A DNA stretch of 60,573 nt, filler included. It is 7 parts of 7 records of this genome, joined end to end, with 100 filler letters (N's around TTAATTAATTAA, not from the genome) between each part and the next. Parts side by side here need not be neighbours in the genome. Positions count along the whole stretch, not along the records: positions 13,773 to 22,037 come from SRR31156797_28401; positions 22,138 to 27,768 come from SRR31156797_28405; positions 27,869 to 34,451 come from SRR31156797_28417; 4 more parts are not named here. The stretch is one strand, 5' to 3'. The notes under the pieces were generated by a model, which searched no databases, was not told the DNA's origin, and worked only from the letters and a program-made list of their open reading frames with translations. The position numbers and the translations under genes are program-made. This document shows positions 19,787-30,168 of the stretch, in pieces (within the stretch, counting starts at the first letter, position 1; each line of letters opens with the position of its first letter).

Positions 19787-19840
19787 CTCCGGAACATGCC
19801 TTTCCCCGTGCCCTATCGCCATCTCGGGCATAGGGCTTTC

Positions 19841-19869
19841 TTGACCCGGGGAGGAAAGCCCGTTAATAT
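19841..19869 (+). promoter_or_regulatory. Sigma70-type promoter of coaX-pdxS-pdxT
   Basis: TTGACC-17 nt-TAATAT. Confidence 0.6.
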
Positions 19870-19979
19870 GAAATCGCTTCGGGTCGATTTTCCCTTTTGA
19901 AAACGGTACCGGGCTAAAATCAAAACTATCAATCAGGCTTGATCTGTGGAGGACAGGTGCTGAAAAGAACGAAAACACC

Positions 19980-20753
19980 ATGATTCTGGCTTTGGACGCA
20001 GGAAGTACCCGGCTCTTCGGGGGGATCCTGCAGAACGGACGACTGGGAGCCAGTTTTCAGAAGAACACAAGCTCTCATATGAGCTCCGACGAACTGGGAC
20101 TTTATCTCTTGCAATGGCTTCGGTTCAGGGAACTGAGACGGGAGGACATCGAAGGATTTGTCTTCTGTTCCGTCGTCCCCGAGCTGAACTCCGTTATGGA
20201 GGAGTGCAGCCGCCTGTATTTTGAGCAGGAGGCCGTTTCCCTTAAAGCCGGCGTGAAAAGCGGATTGCAGATCAAGTATACCAACCATCGTGAGTTGGGT
20301 GCGGATCTTATCGCCAACGCCGTCGCCGCCGTAAAAAGGCACCCGGGAAAGAACCTTCTCATCATTGACTTCGGAACGGCCACGAGCCTCTGCGCCGTAA
20401 GCGCTTCCAAAGAGTATCTGGGGGGAACCCTCGTTCCCGGTCTGGATATCTCCATGGAGGCCCTTGCGGGGCGGACCGCCCGGCTTCCCGAGGTCGAGAT
20501 ACGGAGCGCCAGAAGGGTGTGCGGCAGGGATACGGTGAGCGCCATACAGGGCGGCCTCTACTACGGAACGGTGGGCATGCTCAAGGAGTTGAGCTACCGG
20601 CTGAAGAAAGAGTGCTTCCCCGATGAAGAGCTGATCACCGTCGCTACGGGCGCCCATGCCTCCCTGTTCCAGAATCATAATCTCTTTGACGAAATCGTTC
20701 CCGAACTTGTCCTCCTCGGTCTGGAAGAAATCAGAAACCTCAACCTGGATTGA
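19980..20753 (+). CDS. coaX: Type III pantothenate kinase
   Basis: [37 protein letters not shown]. Confidence 0.93.
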   Translation: MILALDAGSTRLFGGILQNGRLGASFQKNTSSHMSSDELGLYLLQWLRFRELRREDIEGFVFCSVVPELNSVMEECSRLYFEQEAVSLKAGVKSGLQIKYTNHRELGADLIANAVAAVKRHPGKNLLIIDFGTATSLCAVSASKEYLGGTLVPGLDISMEALAGRTARLPEVEIRSARRVCGRDTVSAIQGGLYYGTVGMLKELSYRLKKECFPDEELITVATGAHASLFQNHNLFDEIVPELVLLGLEEIRNLNLD

Positions 20754-20770
20754 TAAGGCTGGAGGTCGCT

Positions 20771-21676
20771 ATGAGCGAACAGACCTGGTCTGAAAGACAG
20801 ACCGCAACATGGAAGAGTAAGGTGGGCATGGCCGAGATGCTGAAGGGCGGCGTTATCATGGATGTGGTGACGCCCGAACAGGCTGTTATCGCCGAACAGG
20901 CGGGGGCCGCGGCGGTTATGGCCCTGGAGCGTGTGCCGGCGGATATCCGCAGCGACGGCGGAGTGGCCCGCATGTCCGATCCCCATATGATCGAAGGGAT
21001 ACAGAAGGCCGTGACCATACCCGTCATGGCCAAATGCAGGATAGGGCATTTCACTGAGGCCCGCATCCTCGAGGCGATGGAGATCGACTTCATCGATGAA
21101 TCCGAGGTGCTCACGCCGGCCGACGACCGCTATCATATACTGAAAGACAGGTTCTCCGTTCCCTTTGTCTGCGGCTGCCGTAACCTGGGGGAGGCCCTGC
21201 GCAGAATCGCCGAGGGGGCGGTTATGATCCGCAGCAAGGGCGAGGCGGGCACGGGGGACGTGCTTGAAGCGGTCCGCCATCTGAGAACCCTGAAAGAGGA
21301 TATCGCCCGATTGCGGGGCATGCCGCCTGAAACCCTGATGACGGCGTCCAAAGAGCTGGGAGCCCCCCTGGATCTGGTGAGGACCGTGGCAGAAGCGGGA
21401 AGGATTCCGGTGCCCCTGTTTTCCGCCGGAGGCGTGGCCACGCCGGCGGACGCGGCCCTGATGATGGAGCTGGGGGCCGAAGCGGTCTTCGTGGGCTCGG
21501 GTATCTTCAAGTCGGAAGAGCCCGCCAAACGGGCCCGGGCCATTGTGGAGGCTGTCAGCTACTATGACGATCCTGCCCGCCTGGTCGAGCTGAGCCGCAA
21601 TCTGGGAGCCCCCCTGACAGGGATCGCCATGGACGAACTCTGCATGGAGAAGCGCCTGGCCGGCCGGGGCTGGTAG
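20771..21676 (+). CDS. pdxS: Pyridoxal 5'-phosphate synthase, lyase subunit
   Basis: [53 protein letters not shown] before ATG 20771. Confidence 0.97.
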   Translation: MSEQTWSERQTATWKSKVGMAEMLKGGVIMDVVTPEQAVIAEQAGAAAVMALERVPADIRSDGGVARMSDPHMIEGIQKAVTIPVMAKCRIGHFTEARILEAMEIDFIDESEVLTPADDRYHILKDRFSVPFVCGCRNLGEALRRIAEGAVMIRSKGEAGTGDVLEAVRHLRTLKEDIARLRGMPPETLMTASKELGAPLDLVRTVAEAGRIPVPLFSAGGVATPADAALMMELGAEAVFVGSGIFKSEEPAKRARAIVEAVSYYDDPARLVELSRNLGAPLTGIAMDELCMEKRLAGRGW

Positions 21677-22037
21677 TGGCCGTCTGCGGTATACTGGCCC
21701 TGCAGGGCGGTTTCAAGGCCCATGCCGATGTCCTCCGCTCATTGGGTAGGGAGACCCTGTATGTAAAAAACTCCGACGAGCTGGATCGCTGCGACAGGCT
21801 GATCCTTCCTGGAGGCGAAAGCACGGCCATGATCCGGCTGCTGGGACGCTCGTCTTTAAGGGAGGCTCTTCTCCGCCGTGTGGGGGAGGGCATGCCCGTA
21901 TTCGGGACCTGCGCGGGGATGGTGCTCCTTTCCGCTGGTGTCTGCGGTTCCGGTCTGGAGACTCTGGGGCTTCTGGACTGCCTGGTGCGCCGAAACGCCT
22001 ACGGCCGGCAGATCGCCAGCTTCGAGGCTTCCCTTTC
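21676..22037 (+). CDS. pdxT: PLP synthase glutaminase subunit (3'-truncated)
   Basis: GILALQG, LILPGGEST, GTCAGMVLL, RNAYGRQ. Confidence 0.95.
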
Positions 22038-22137
22038 NNNNNNNNNNNNNNNNNNNNNNNNNNNNNNNNNNNNNNNNNNNNTTAATTAATTAANNNNNNN
22101 NNNNNNNNNNNNNNNNNNNNNNNNNNNNNNNNNNNNN
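22038..22137. other. Artificial contig linker
   Basis: N-run + TTAATTAATTAA + N-run. Confidence 0.99.
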
Positions 22138-22139
22138 TT

Positions 22140-22313
22140 AAACCTTTCAGCCAGATCGACTCATCTACGTCGCGAAAATATGAAGGAACGGGTCTTGGAC
22201 TTGCTCTTGTTAAAGAGATAATAGAACTTCACAAAGGCAGGATCTGGGTTGAAAGTGAATCTGGAAAAGGGAGTTCCTTCATATTTGAATTACCCTTGCA
22301 ACATAGATTGTAA
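22140..22313 (+). CDS. C-terminal fragment of a histidine kinase (HATPase_c); missing from ORF track
   Basis: [52 protein letters not shown] (F and G2 boxes). Confidence 0.92.
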   Translation, partial: KPFSQIDSSTSRKYEGTGLGLALVKEIIELHKGRIWVESESGKGSSFIFELPLQHRL

Positions 22314-22458
22314 TATTAAGATAAATGATTTCGAATGTGATCTTTTAACTTATAAACATATTTTATAATGTTTGTTAAAAACATGTTTAATCCAACTGCT
22401 TACCTGTCGTATCTCACACATTAAAGATAGGTTGTCAATTGTCAGACATACTTCCAGG

Positions 22459-22994
22459 TCACTGCTTCCTGAAGCGCATGAACCAGTCAAGACAGTACTT
22501 TCCTTTCTTCTTCAGATTCAACTCTATCCTTTGCAGTTCTACATGAACCTGATGATATGGGCTAATCACATCATAACCTGTCTGCTCAGGTGTAGCCACG
22601 TTCTCTGCATCTGGCTTCTGCATCACCAGCCAGAGTCTCTTGATTTCATCCATGTTTCTTCCGTTGGATAGTGGATAGTACATAATTGCCCTTACTTTTG
22701 CTTTGGGGTCGATCATAAACACTGCCTTGATAGCCTGTGTCTCTGATGCATTAAGTTGCCCATGACGAACTTCTTTGCTACATCCATCTTAAGATTAGCA
22801 ATGACAGAGAAAGTCATGAACTCGGTAGTACATACAGGAGTTTAGTCTGCAGGATGGCTGAAAAGTATAATCCATTTGTCTTTGTAATCTTTCGGGAAAT
22901 TAATCTCACCTGCTGTTGTTACGGCGGTGAATGAAGGTACATTACAGCCTAGAAGAGGCAAGGCCATAGGTTCCCTTGATGACTTTTCATCCAT
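22459..22994 (-). pseudogene. Peroxiredoxin (Prx6/TDXH type) pseudogene
   Basis: WIILFSHPAD*TPVCTTEF (stop replaces F), deletion after EFMTF, frameshift before AVFMIDPKAKVRAIMYYP..GRNMDEI. Confidence 0.9.
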
Positions 22995-23403
22995 AGTTCT
23001 TATTTTCTTCTTGCTGCTATAAGGTATTCATTAATATCTTTTACCTGCTTATCGAATTCCTTTTCCAGCTCATATCCTTGATGTTCCTGAAAATATTATT
23101 TTTCATATCCTTGAACTGTCCTTCAAGATACTTCTTTATGTCTTTTATCTCATCCATAAAATTATCATTCTACTGAAGTGTGAACTACATGAACATAGCA
23201 TAACTTAGCAAATATCTGACTACCATTGCTTGAATATTAATTGTCAAAAAAATAAGAACTTGATTATTAGCAATGTAATTTTTGTACTGTAGCATGCGAA
23301 TTGTGAAATATGATGGCAAAATATAAATACTGATTTATACAAATGATGTATGAAGACTAGCAAAAGTATACTGTATTAAAACATTGTCGTTTCTGAACTT
23401 ATA

Positions 23404-26400
23404 GTGGAAAACGATTATATGTCAACTGATAAAACTTTCAAATACCTGGAAAATACCTGCAATGAGTTTGAGAACCTCGTTGATGAGCTTCCCCTTGGTA
23501 TCCTTTCTTGTGACAGAGAAGGTAATATTACTGCTGTTAACGATTTTCTTTTAAATATTTTAGGTTCTCCTTCAGCAGAAGCTACAAAAAATATCAATCT
23601 GCTGAAATTTCCAGCTCTTATAAAATCAGGAATATCTGCTGCTCTTGAAGAAGCGCTTACAACTGGAAAAAACACTTCGATAGAGACACCTTATAAATCA
23701 AAATGGGATAAAGAATTATTCTTAAGCTTTAAGGCATTTCCTCTGAAGACCGGAGGTGGAGAAATTCATGGTTGCCATGTCATTATTGAAGATCTTACCT
23801 CAAAGAGAGAAGCAAATGCTGAGATTGAAGGCAACAAACGCAAGGATAAGCTGATATCACGTATATCAAATCGTTTTATCAATAGCAGTTTCAAAGATAT
23901 TGATGAACATATAAGTGAAACTTTGAAAGAGCTGGCTGTTTTTATAGGTGCAGATCGTGCAGCCATATTCAGTGCCGAAGAAAATACGGATTATATTGTT
24001 AAGACACATGAGTGGCATATTGCTGAAATAGAATCTAAGATACCCTTCAATCAAAAATGGGATACTAAAAAACTGCTCTTTGAACGACTGAGCAATTTAC
24101 AGATCGTCAATATCCCTGATGTCGATAAAATACCAGACGAAAACGAAGCATTGAAAAAGGTATTCCAGCATCTGGAAATCAAATCTATTGCACTGATCCC
24201 TCTTTCACGTTACGGTATATTCAAAGGTTTTATCGGGGTAGATTCAAAAAAGAAGCAAAGGGTCTGGAATGAGAATGATCTCTACGTTCTCAAAATTGCC
24301 GGTGACATAATAGCAAATGTCCTCGAGCGCAAAAATACAGAAAAGATCTTGCTTCAAAAAGAGAAGGACTATGATGAAGTCGTAAACTCAATAGATTCAA
24401 TAATCTGGAAAGCAACATTTGACAAAAACGGAAAGCCCCTTAATGCCTATATATCAGAACCTGTGGACAGGATTCTTGGTCTTCCTAAAGGAAGCATAGA
24501 TAATAACTGGGATAAATATTTTGAATATATTCATCCTGATGACCTGCAGAAGGTAAAGATTGCTATTAAACGTGCCTTCAAAGATACCGGAATTACTCTG
24601 GATGTAGATTACCGGATGATGGTTAAAGATGGCAGAACCATCTGGATGAATTCCACAGGTACAACCGAACTTCTGGAAAACGGAACATATCAAAGCTATG
24701 GAACATCAGTGGACGTCACTGAGAAGAAAATGGCAGAGGATGAACTAGTCAAAAGTGAGGAAAAATACAGGTCACTTATTGAACAGTCAAGCGATGCTAT
24801 ATTCTTGAATGGTCTTGACGGGAAGATAGTGGAAGTGAATAACAGAGCCTGTGTAATGCTTGGGTATTCAAAAGATGATCTTGAAAACATGACAATTCAT
24901 GACCTGCTGACACCGGATCGCAGAAAATTCGGCCAGGAGGAAATGAGAAGATTACAAATAGAAGGAATTATACGCACCGATACAAAATATCTCACTTCAA
25001 CCAGGAATGTTATTGATGTAGAGATGAGTGCCCAACTTCTCGAAGGTTACCCTGGATTAGCACAGACAATTATCAGGGATATCACAGAGCGTAAAAAATC
25101 AGAAGAGAAGCTGAAACTAAGCGAGAGAAGATACAGAGATCTGATAGGACAATTAAGCGATGCACTCATCATAAACACCTTTGCAGGAGAGATACTGGAA
25201 GTAAATGACAAGGCATGTGAAATGCTTGGTTATTCCAGAGAAGAATTGGAAAATATGTCCGTTTTTGACCTTATCTCTCCTTCATGGAGAGATTCTACAA
25301 GAGCTGATCTGGCAGCTATCATTCAAAAGAAAACAATCCAGGTTGAAAGTGAATTTATCACTGCAGATGGAAATGTAATTGATATAGAAGTAAATGCCAA
25401 AGCTCTTGAAGGCTATCATAACATGGCGCAAGTTATTGTCAGAGATGTCACAGAACGCAAAGCTGCTGAAGAAAAACTACGTGAAAGTGAGGCTCTTCTA
25501 AATAAAGTTGGAAGAATTGCCAAAATTGGTGGATGGGAATTAGATGTAGAATCCAATGCGCTTACATGGACTCCAGAAGTAGCAAAAATCCATGAAACAA
25601 ATGATCTCCATACTCTTGAAACGGGATTGAATCGTTTTCCTCCAGATTCAAGAATAATTGTTGAAAAAGCAATGAGTAATGCTATTGAAAAGGGTGAACC
25701 CTATGATCTTGAAGTGGAATCAATCACTGCAAAAGGCAATTACAAATGGCTACGGGTAATTGGAAACCCACTAACTAAAGATGGTAAAGTCATAAAAATA
25801 ACCGGTTCAGTGCAGGATATCACAGAACGTAAAACAGCTGAAAATAAACTGATTGAAAACGAGGAGAAGCTGAGACTGTTTATAGAGAATGCACCGGCAG
25901 CGCTAGTGATGCTAGACCGTGATATGCGACATATAGCCACAACCCGTCAATGGTTGGACATATATTCTTTTGATGAGAATGATGTTATTGGAAAATTCCA
26001 TTACGATGTACTTCCAGATATAAAGGAAGAATATAGGGATGCACATCGTCGGGCTTTGGAAGGGGAGGTTGTCCGCAAAGATGAAGAGCGCGTTGTGTTG
26101 GCTAATGGAAGAGTAGAATGGTCACGTTGGGAAGTCAAACCATGGAAAACGAATGATGGCATCATTGGTGGCATTATAATTTTAGCAGAAAATATCACAG
26201 AACGCAAACTTGCTGAAAATAAACTGCTTGAAAGCGAGGAACAGCTAAGATTGTTCATAGAGCATGCACCTGTAGACTTAGCTATGTTTGATCGCAATAT
26301 GTGCTACATAGCTGCTAGTAAACGCTGGAACAAAACCTTTTCCCTTGATGAGCGGGATCTAAAAGGACTATGCCACTATGATCTGTTTCCGGAGATCAGT

Positions 26401-27768
26401 GATGAGTGGAAATCTGTGCATCGCCGATCTCTAAAAGGAGAAGTTATACGCAACAATGAAGATCCTTTCAAACGGGCCGATGGAAGAGTACAGTGGCTAC
26501 GCTGGGAAGTGCGACCATGGAAAGCCGCCGACGGAACAATTGGCGGTATTGTGATTTTCTCAGAAGATATAACAAAACGTAAAGAATCCGAAGATGAATT
26601 GAAACATAAAGAAGAAAAGTACAGATCTCTTTTCGAGCAGTCAAATGATGCCATATTCCTGAATCATATTGATGGACAAATAGTAGACGTAAATGAAAAA
26701 GCCTGCGAAATGTTCGGGTATACGAAAGAACAATTCAAGAAAATGAATGTCTCTGATCTTCTGGCCCCATATCATAAAAATACCGGGGAACTGGAGATGC
26801 ATCAATTCAGAGAAGATGGAGGAGTCGATGTTCATGCATTGTACGCAAAAGCTAATGGTGAAACCTTTGATGCAGAGGTAAATGCCAAAGTGCTTGAAGG
26901 AACTCCAGATCTTGCACAGTCAATTGTAAGAGACATCAGTAAGCAGAAGGAGGCGGAAGATAAATTAAGAGAGAGTGAGGAAAAGTTCAGGTTATTCATA
27001 GAACATGCACCGGTTTCTCTGGCGATGTTTGACAATGATATGCGCCATATAGCTGTGAGCCAGCTATGGCTTGATGAATTTTCCCCTGATAACCGGGATA
27101 TAATCGGGCTGAATCATTATGATGTTTTTCCATGGATTCCCGATGAATTTAAAGAAGCCCATCGCAGGGGTTTGCAAGGAGAAGTGGTCCGAAAAGATGA
27201 TCACATGTTCTTGCAGGATGATGGAAGTATATGGTGGACACGCTGGGAAGTCAGGCCGTGGAAAATGACCGATGGTGACATCGGGGGCATTATAATTTTC
27301 TCAGAAGATATCACCAAACGTAAAGAAGCCGAGATTGCCATCAAGGAAAGTGAAATAAAATACAGAAGCCTTTTTGAGAGGTCAAATGATGCTGTACTTA
27401 TCCATGAGTTTAATGGAAAGGTAGTGGATGTTAATAACAGGGCCTGCGAGATGCTTGACTATACTAAAGAAGAATTGAAACACAAAACGATCACGGACCT
27501 TATCCTGCCAGAGGACAGGAGCATTATTGCAGAAGCTACCAGTGATCTAAAGTCAAAGGGACTGGCACGTAATGAAGCCAGGATGATAAGAGGCGATGGC
27601 AATATCATATACATGGACATAACCGGTTCAGTGATCAAAAATGGTCTTATACAGGCTGTGGGAAGGGATGTCACAGAGCGCGTGCAGGCGGAATCGGTTA
27701 TGCTCAATGCAAAGATAGAAGCTGAGACTGCCAACCGTACAAAAAGTGAGTTCCTTGCCAATATGAGC
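23404..27768 (+). CDS. Giant soluble sensor histidine kinase: PAS-GAF-9xPAS-HisKA (3'-truncated)
   Basis: Repeated PAS/PAC units ending D(I/V)TxRK, a GAF domain, and final ANRTKSEFLANMS just before the H-box His. Confidence 0.93.
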
Positions 27769-27868
27769 NNNNNNNNNNNNNNNNNNNNNNNNNNNNNNNN
27801 NNNNNNNNNNNNTTAATTAATTAANNNNNNNNNNNNNNNNNNNNNNNNNNNNNNNNNNNNNNNNNNNN
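27769..27868. other. Artificial contig linker
   Basis: N-run + TTAATTAATTAA + N-run. Confidence 0.99.
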
Positions 27869-27891
27869 CGGAGAATTAAACTCAATCACGA

Positions 27892-29184
27892 TTAAATATA
27901 ATAATTCCAAGTAGCTTTTATTCTAAACATATTCTCCTCAATAGGAGCTAAAGTACCATCTAAATCATTAGAATTTCTATATATCTCATAACTGTTTTTC
28001 ACTTCTACACTGCCTTTTTCTGAATATTTATAAGTATATTTTAGATATGTGATATTATGATCTTCATTTAGATATGAGCCGCTATCACCATCTTCCCATT
28101 TACCGTTTCTAACTATGTTTTCATTACCTACAGCCCATCTCGCACCCAGATCATACTCAATATAGAGTCTCAGCGCAAAAACAGAAGCTGAGTAAGTATC
28201 AGAGTATTTCATTGCTATTAACTCTTTATTATCAAAATTAATTCCTATCTCTTCCTGTTTTTCATATCCTGCACCTGCCGCACCCATTCTAAATTTACTT
28301 ATCCCTCTATATTCATATCTGGGTGCAACTTTGAAAGTATGCTGCCAGTAATCTATTGTCATCATTTTTTCATTTTCTATATTGGCATACATATAAGCAC
28401 TACTTTTCTTCGCCTCTTTATTATAGATAAATTGAGGATTAATAATTGTTTTATAAAAATAGTCTTTCTCGGTTCCGTTTAGATCAACTACTCCTTTGAA
28501 ATATTTTCTGATATCAACATAGGCTTCTCCTACAAATTTTAAGGCAGCCCATTCATCTACATAAAGAAATCTGGGTGTAACAGTTAGATAACTATTATCA
28601 GTATCTGTTTCTAATTCTTCATTTTCATAAATCATGATTTTATCATAATCATTTTCCTCGATTTTAGTAACAGCATATTCATTCCAAATTCCCGTAGTTA
28701 TTTTTGGAGCAGGATGAAAATACTTGTTAGCGTAAAACTTTAAACCAAAACTATTTTCAGTTTGCAAATTACCACTATATGGCAGATACTTCTCTTTTTC
28801 CATACGGGTATAATAGTTTTCTTTATTCAAAACTATATAATCATAATCAAGTGCTCCCTTTATTCCCAGAGTTGCATCTTTGATTCCGTTATATTGCCAC
28901 CTTCCTCCAAAAGCACTATAGTTCATATCTTCATCAAATCCACTATTAGTAGAAGTAGCAAACTTATATTTCATATCACCGTCAAATTTCAGATCATTAT
29001 TATAATAAGTAAACTTTCCTTTTGCTGGAACAAAAGTCGTAGCTGATATATCATTATAATCTGCTTGTGCCAGTTCAAATTCTGTTTGATGCAGACCTGA
29101 AAACACTGTCTCAGCCTGTGTATTTATAGCTATTAAGATATATATAAGAGCTACCATTATCTCTAGTATTATTTTTCGTTTCAT
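27892..29184 (-). CDS. Putative outer-membrane beta-barrel protein of unknown family
   Basis: Signal peptide ending TQA, many amphipathic Tyr-rich strands, C-terminal FRIKATWNYYI; SD GAGGTG before ATG 29184. Confidence 0.6.
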   Translation of the reverse strand: MKRKIILEIMVALIYILIAINTQAETVFSGLHQTEFELAQADYNDISATTFVPAKGKFTYYNNDLKFDGDMKYKFATSTNSGFDEDMNYSAFGGRWQYNGIKDATLGIKGALDYDYIVLNKENYYTRMEKEKYLPYSGNLQTENSFGLKFYANKYFHPAPKITTGIWNEYAVTKIEENDYDKIMIYENEELETDTDNSYLTVTPRFLYVDEWAALKFVGEAYVDIRKYFKGVVDLNGTEKDYFYKTIINPQFIYNKEAKKSSAYMYANIENEKMMTIDYWQHTFKVAPRYEYRGISKFRMGAAGAGYEKQEEIGINFDNKELIAMKYSDTYSASVFALRLYIEYDLGARWAVGNENIVRNGKWEDGDSGSYLNEDHNITYLKYTYKYSEKGSVEVKNSYEIYRNSNDLDGTLAPIEENMFRIKATWNYYI

Positions 29185-29237
29185 ATTTTCCACCTCTATT
29201 ATTTAGAGAAATATTATTCTATAAATTTATTCGTTCT

Positions 29238-29804
29238 CTATAATTTTTTAATAAAATATTTTGCATTAAGAATTATATCTTCTTTTCCCACTTCCACTTC
29301 CTTTATCTCCTGTATCATATGATCGAGTTCCAAAATCCTGAAAACTTCTTTTAATTTCTCTATTGCAACATGATCACTATTATAATCACAGCTTAAACGA
29401 AGATTTCTAAATACAGAATATTCAATTGCATCATATATGATTTTTCTCCCCGAATCATCAATTTTCCAAGGTTTAGTTATATATTTAAATACATAACCAT
29501 CATTAACAGCTGAAATTATATTTGCTATTTGAGCAAGTCCTGACAAAGCTACTCTTATTACATTAGGGTGTAACTCTTTTATTTTCTTAAATAGTTCTAT
29601 CCCACTCATTCCGGGCATATTCATATCACTGACTATTACATCTATTCTTTCTGTTTTAAGTATTTCAAATGCTTCATTTATATTATTAGTGTAAAACTGT
29701 TCATAATTTTCCTGTCTAAGTCTTCTCTTAAGCATATTTAAAAATTGCTGTTCATCATCTACAAATAGAACTTTTGCTTTTTCATTCGGATAAAATCGTT
29801 CCAT
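29238..29804 (-). CDS. Response regulator (REC domain plus short non-HTH tail)
   Basis: VLFVDDE, VIVSDMNMPGMSG, ALSG, YITKPW; GGAGG SD before ATG 29804. Confidence 0.9.
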   Translation of the reverse strand: MERFYPNEKAKVLFVDDEQQFLNMLKRRLRQENYEQFYTNNINEAFEILKTERIDVIVSDMNMPGMSGIELFKKIKELHPNVIRVALSGLAQIANIISAVNDGYVFKYITKPWKIDDSGRKIIYDAIEYSVFRNLRLSCDYNSDHVAIEKLKEVFRILELDHMIQEIKEVEVGKEDIILNAKYFIKKL

Positions 29805-29906
29805 TTCAATACCTCCTATCAAATCTCTGTTTTTTATTTTTGTCCTCTATAAAGGTATATTAAAGAAATATTGGAAAACCTTTTTTATTTTTTGAAATTA
29901 GCATAT

Positions 29907-29939
29907 AAAAAAATCAAAAGGAGGCTTGATGAGCCTCCT
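29907..29939 (-). terminator. Rho-independent terminator for the lruC-small ORF transcript
   Basis: AGGAGGCT-5 nt-AGCCTCCT, followed on the minus strand by TTTGATTTTTTT. Confidence 0.75.
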
Positions 29940-29964
29940 CTTAACCAGCTTATATTTACTTAAA

Positions 29965-30138
29965 CTACTCTGGATTCTTCTGCTCTTTTTTTACCAATAT
30001 AAGCTCTTCATCCAACTCATCCTTTGACATTGCGTGTAAAATTGGACTGTAACGTTCAAAAAATTCCCGATCATTTCCAAGTTCCTTTTCCATTAATTCA
30101 ATCAACTCCGCTATCAATTCCTCCTTTTCCTTCTCCAT
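29965..30138 (-). CDS. Small acidic hypothetical protein, 57 aa; missing from ORF track
   Basis: MEKEKEELIAELIELMEKELGNDREFFERYSPILHAMSKDELDEELILVKKEQKNPE; SD GAGGAG; lies between lruC stop and a terminator. Confidence 0.65.
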   Translation of the reverse strand: MEKEKEELIAELIELMEKELGNDREFFERYSPILHAMSKDELDEELILVKKEQKNPE

Positions 30139-30168
30139 AACACCAACTCCTCTAAAAACTCACTCTTT

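Noticed and set aside
22138-27768. Circular element, since the contig starts with a kinase tail and ends at a kinase H-box
   Set aside because: No terminal sequence overlap and no replication or integration genes. Paralogous kinases explain the pattern.
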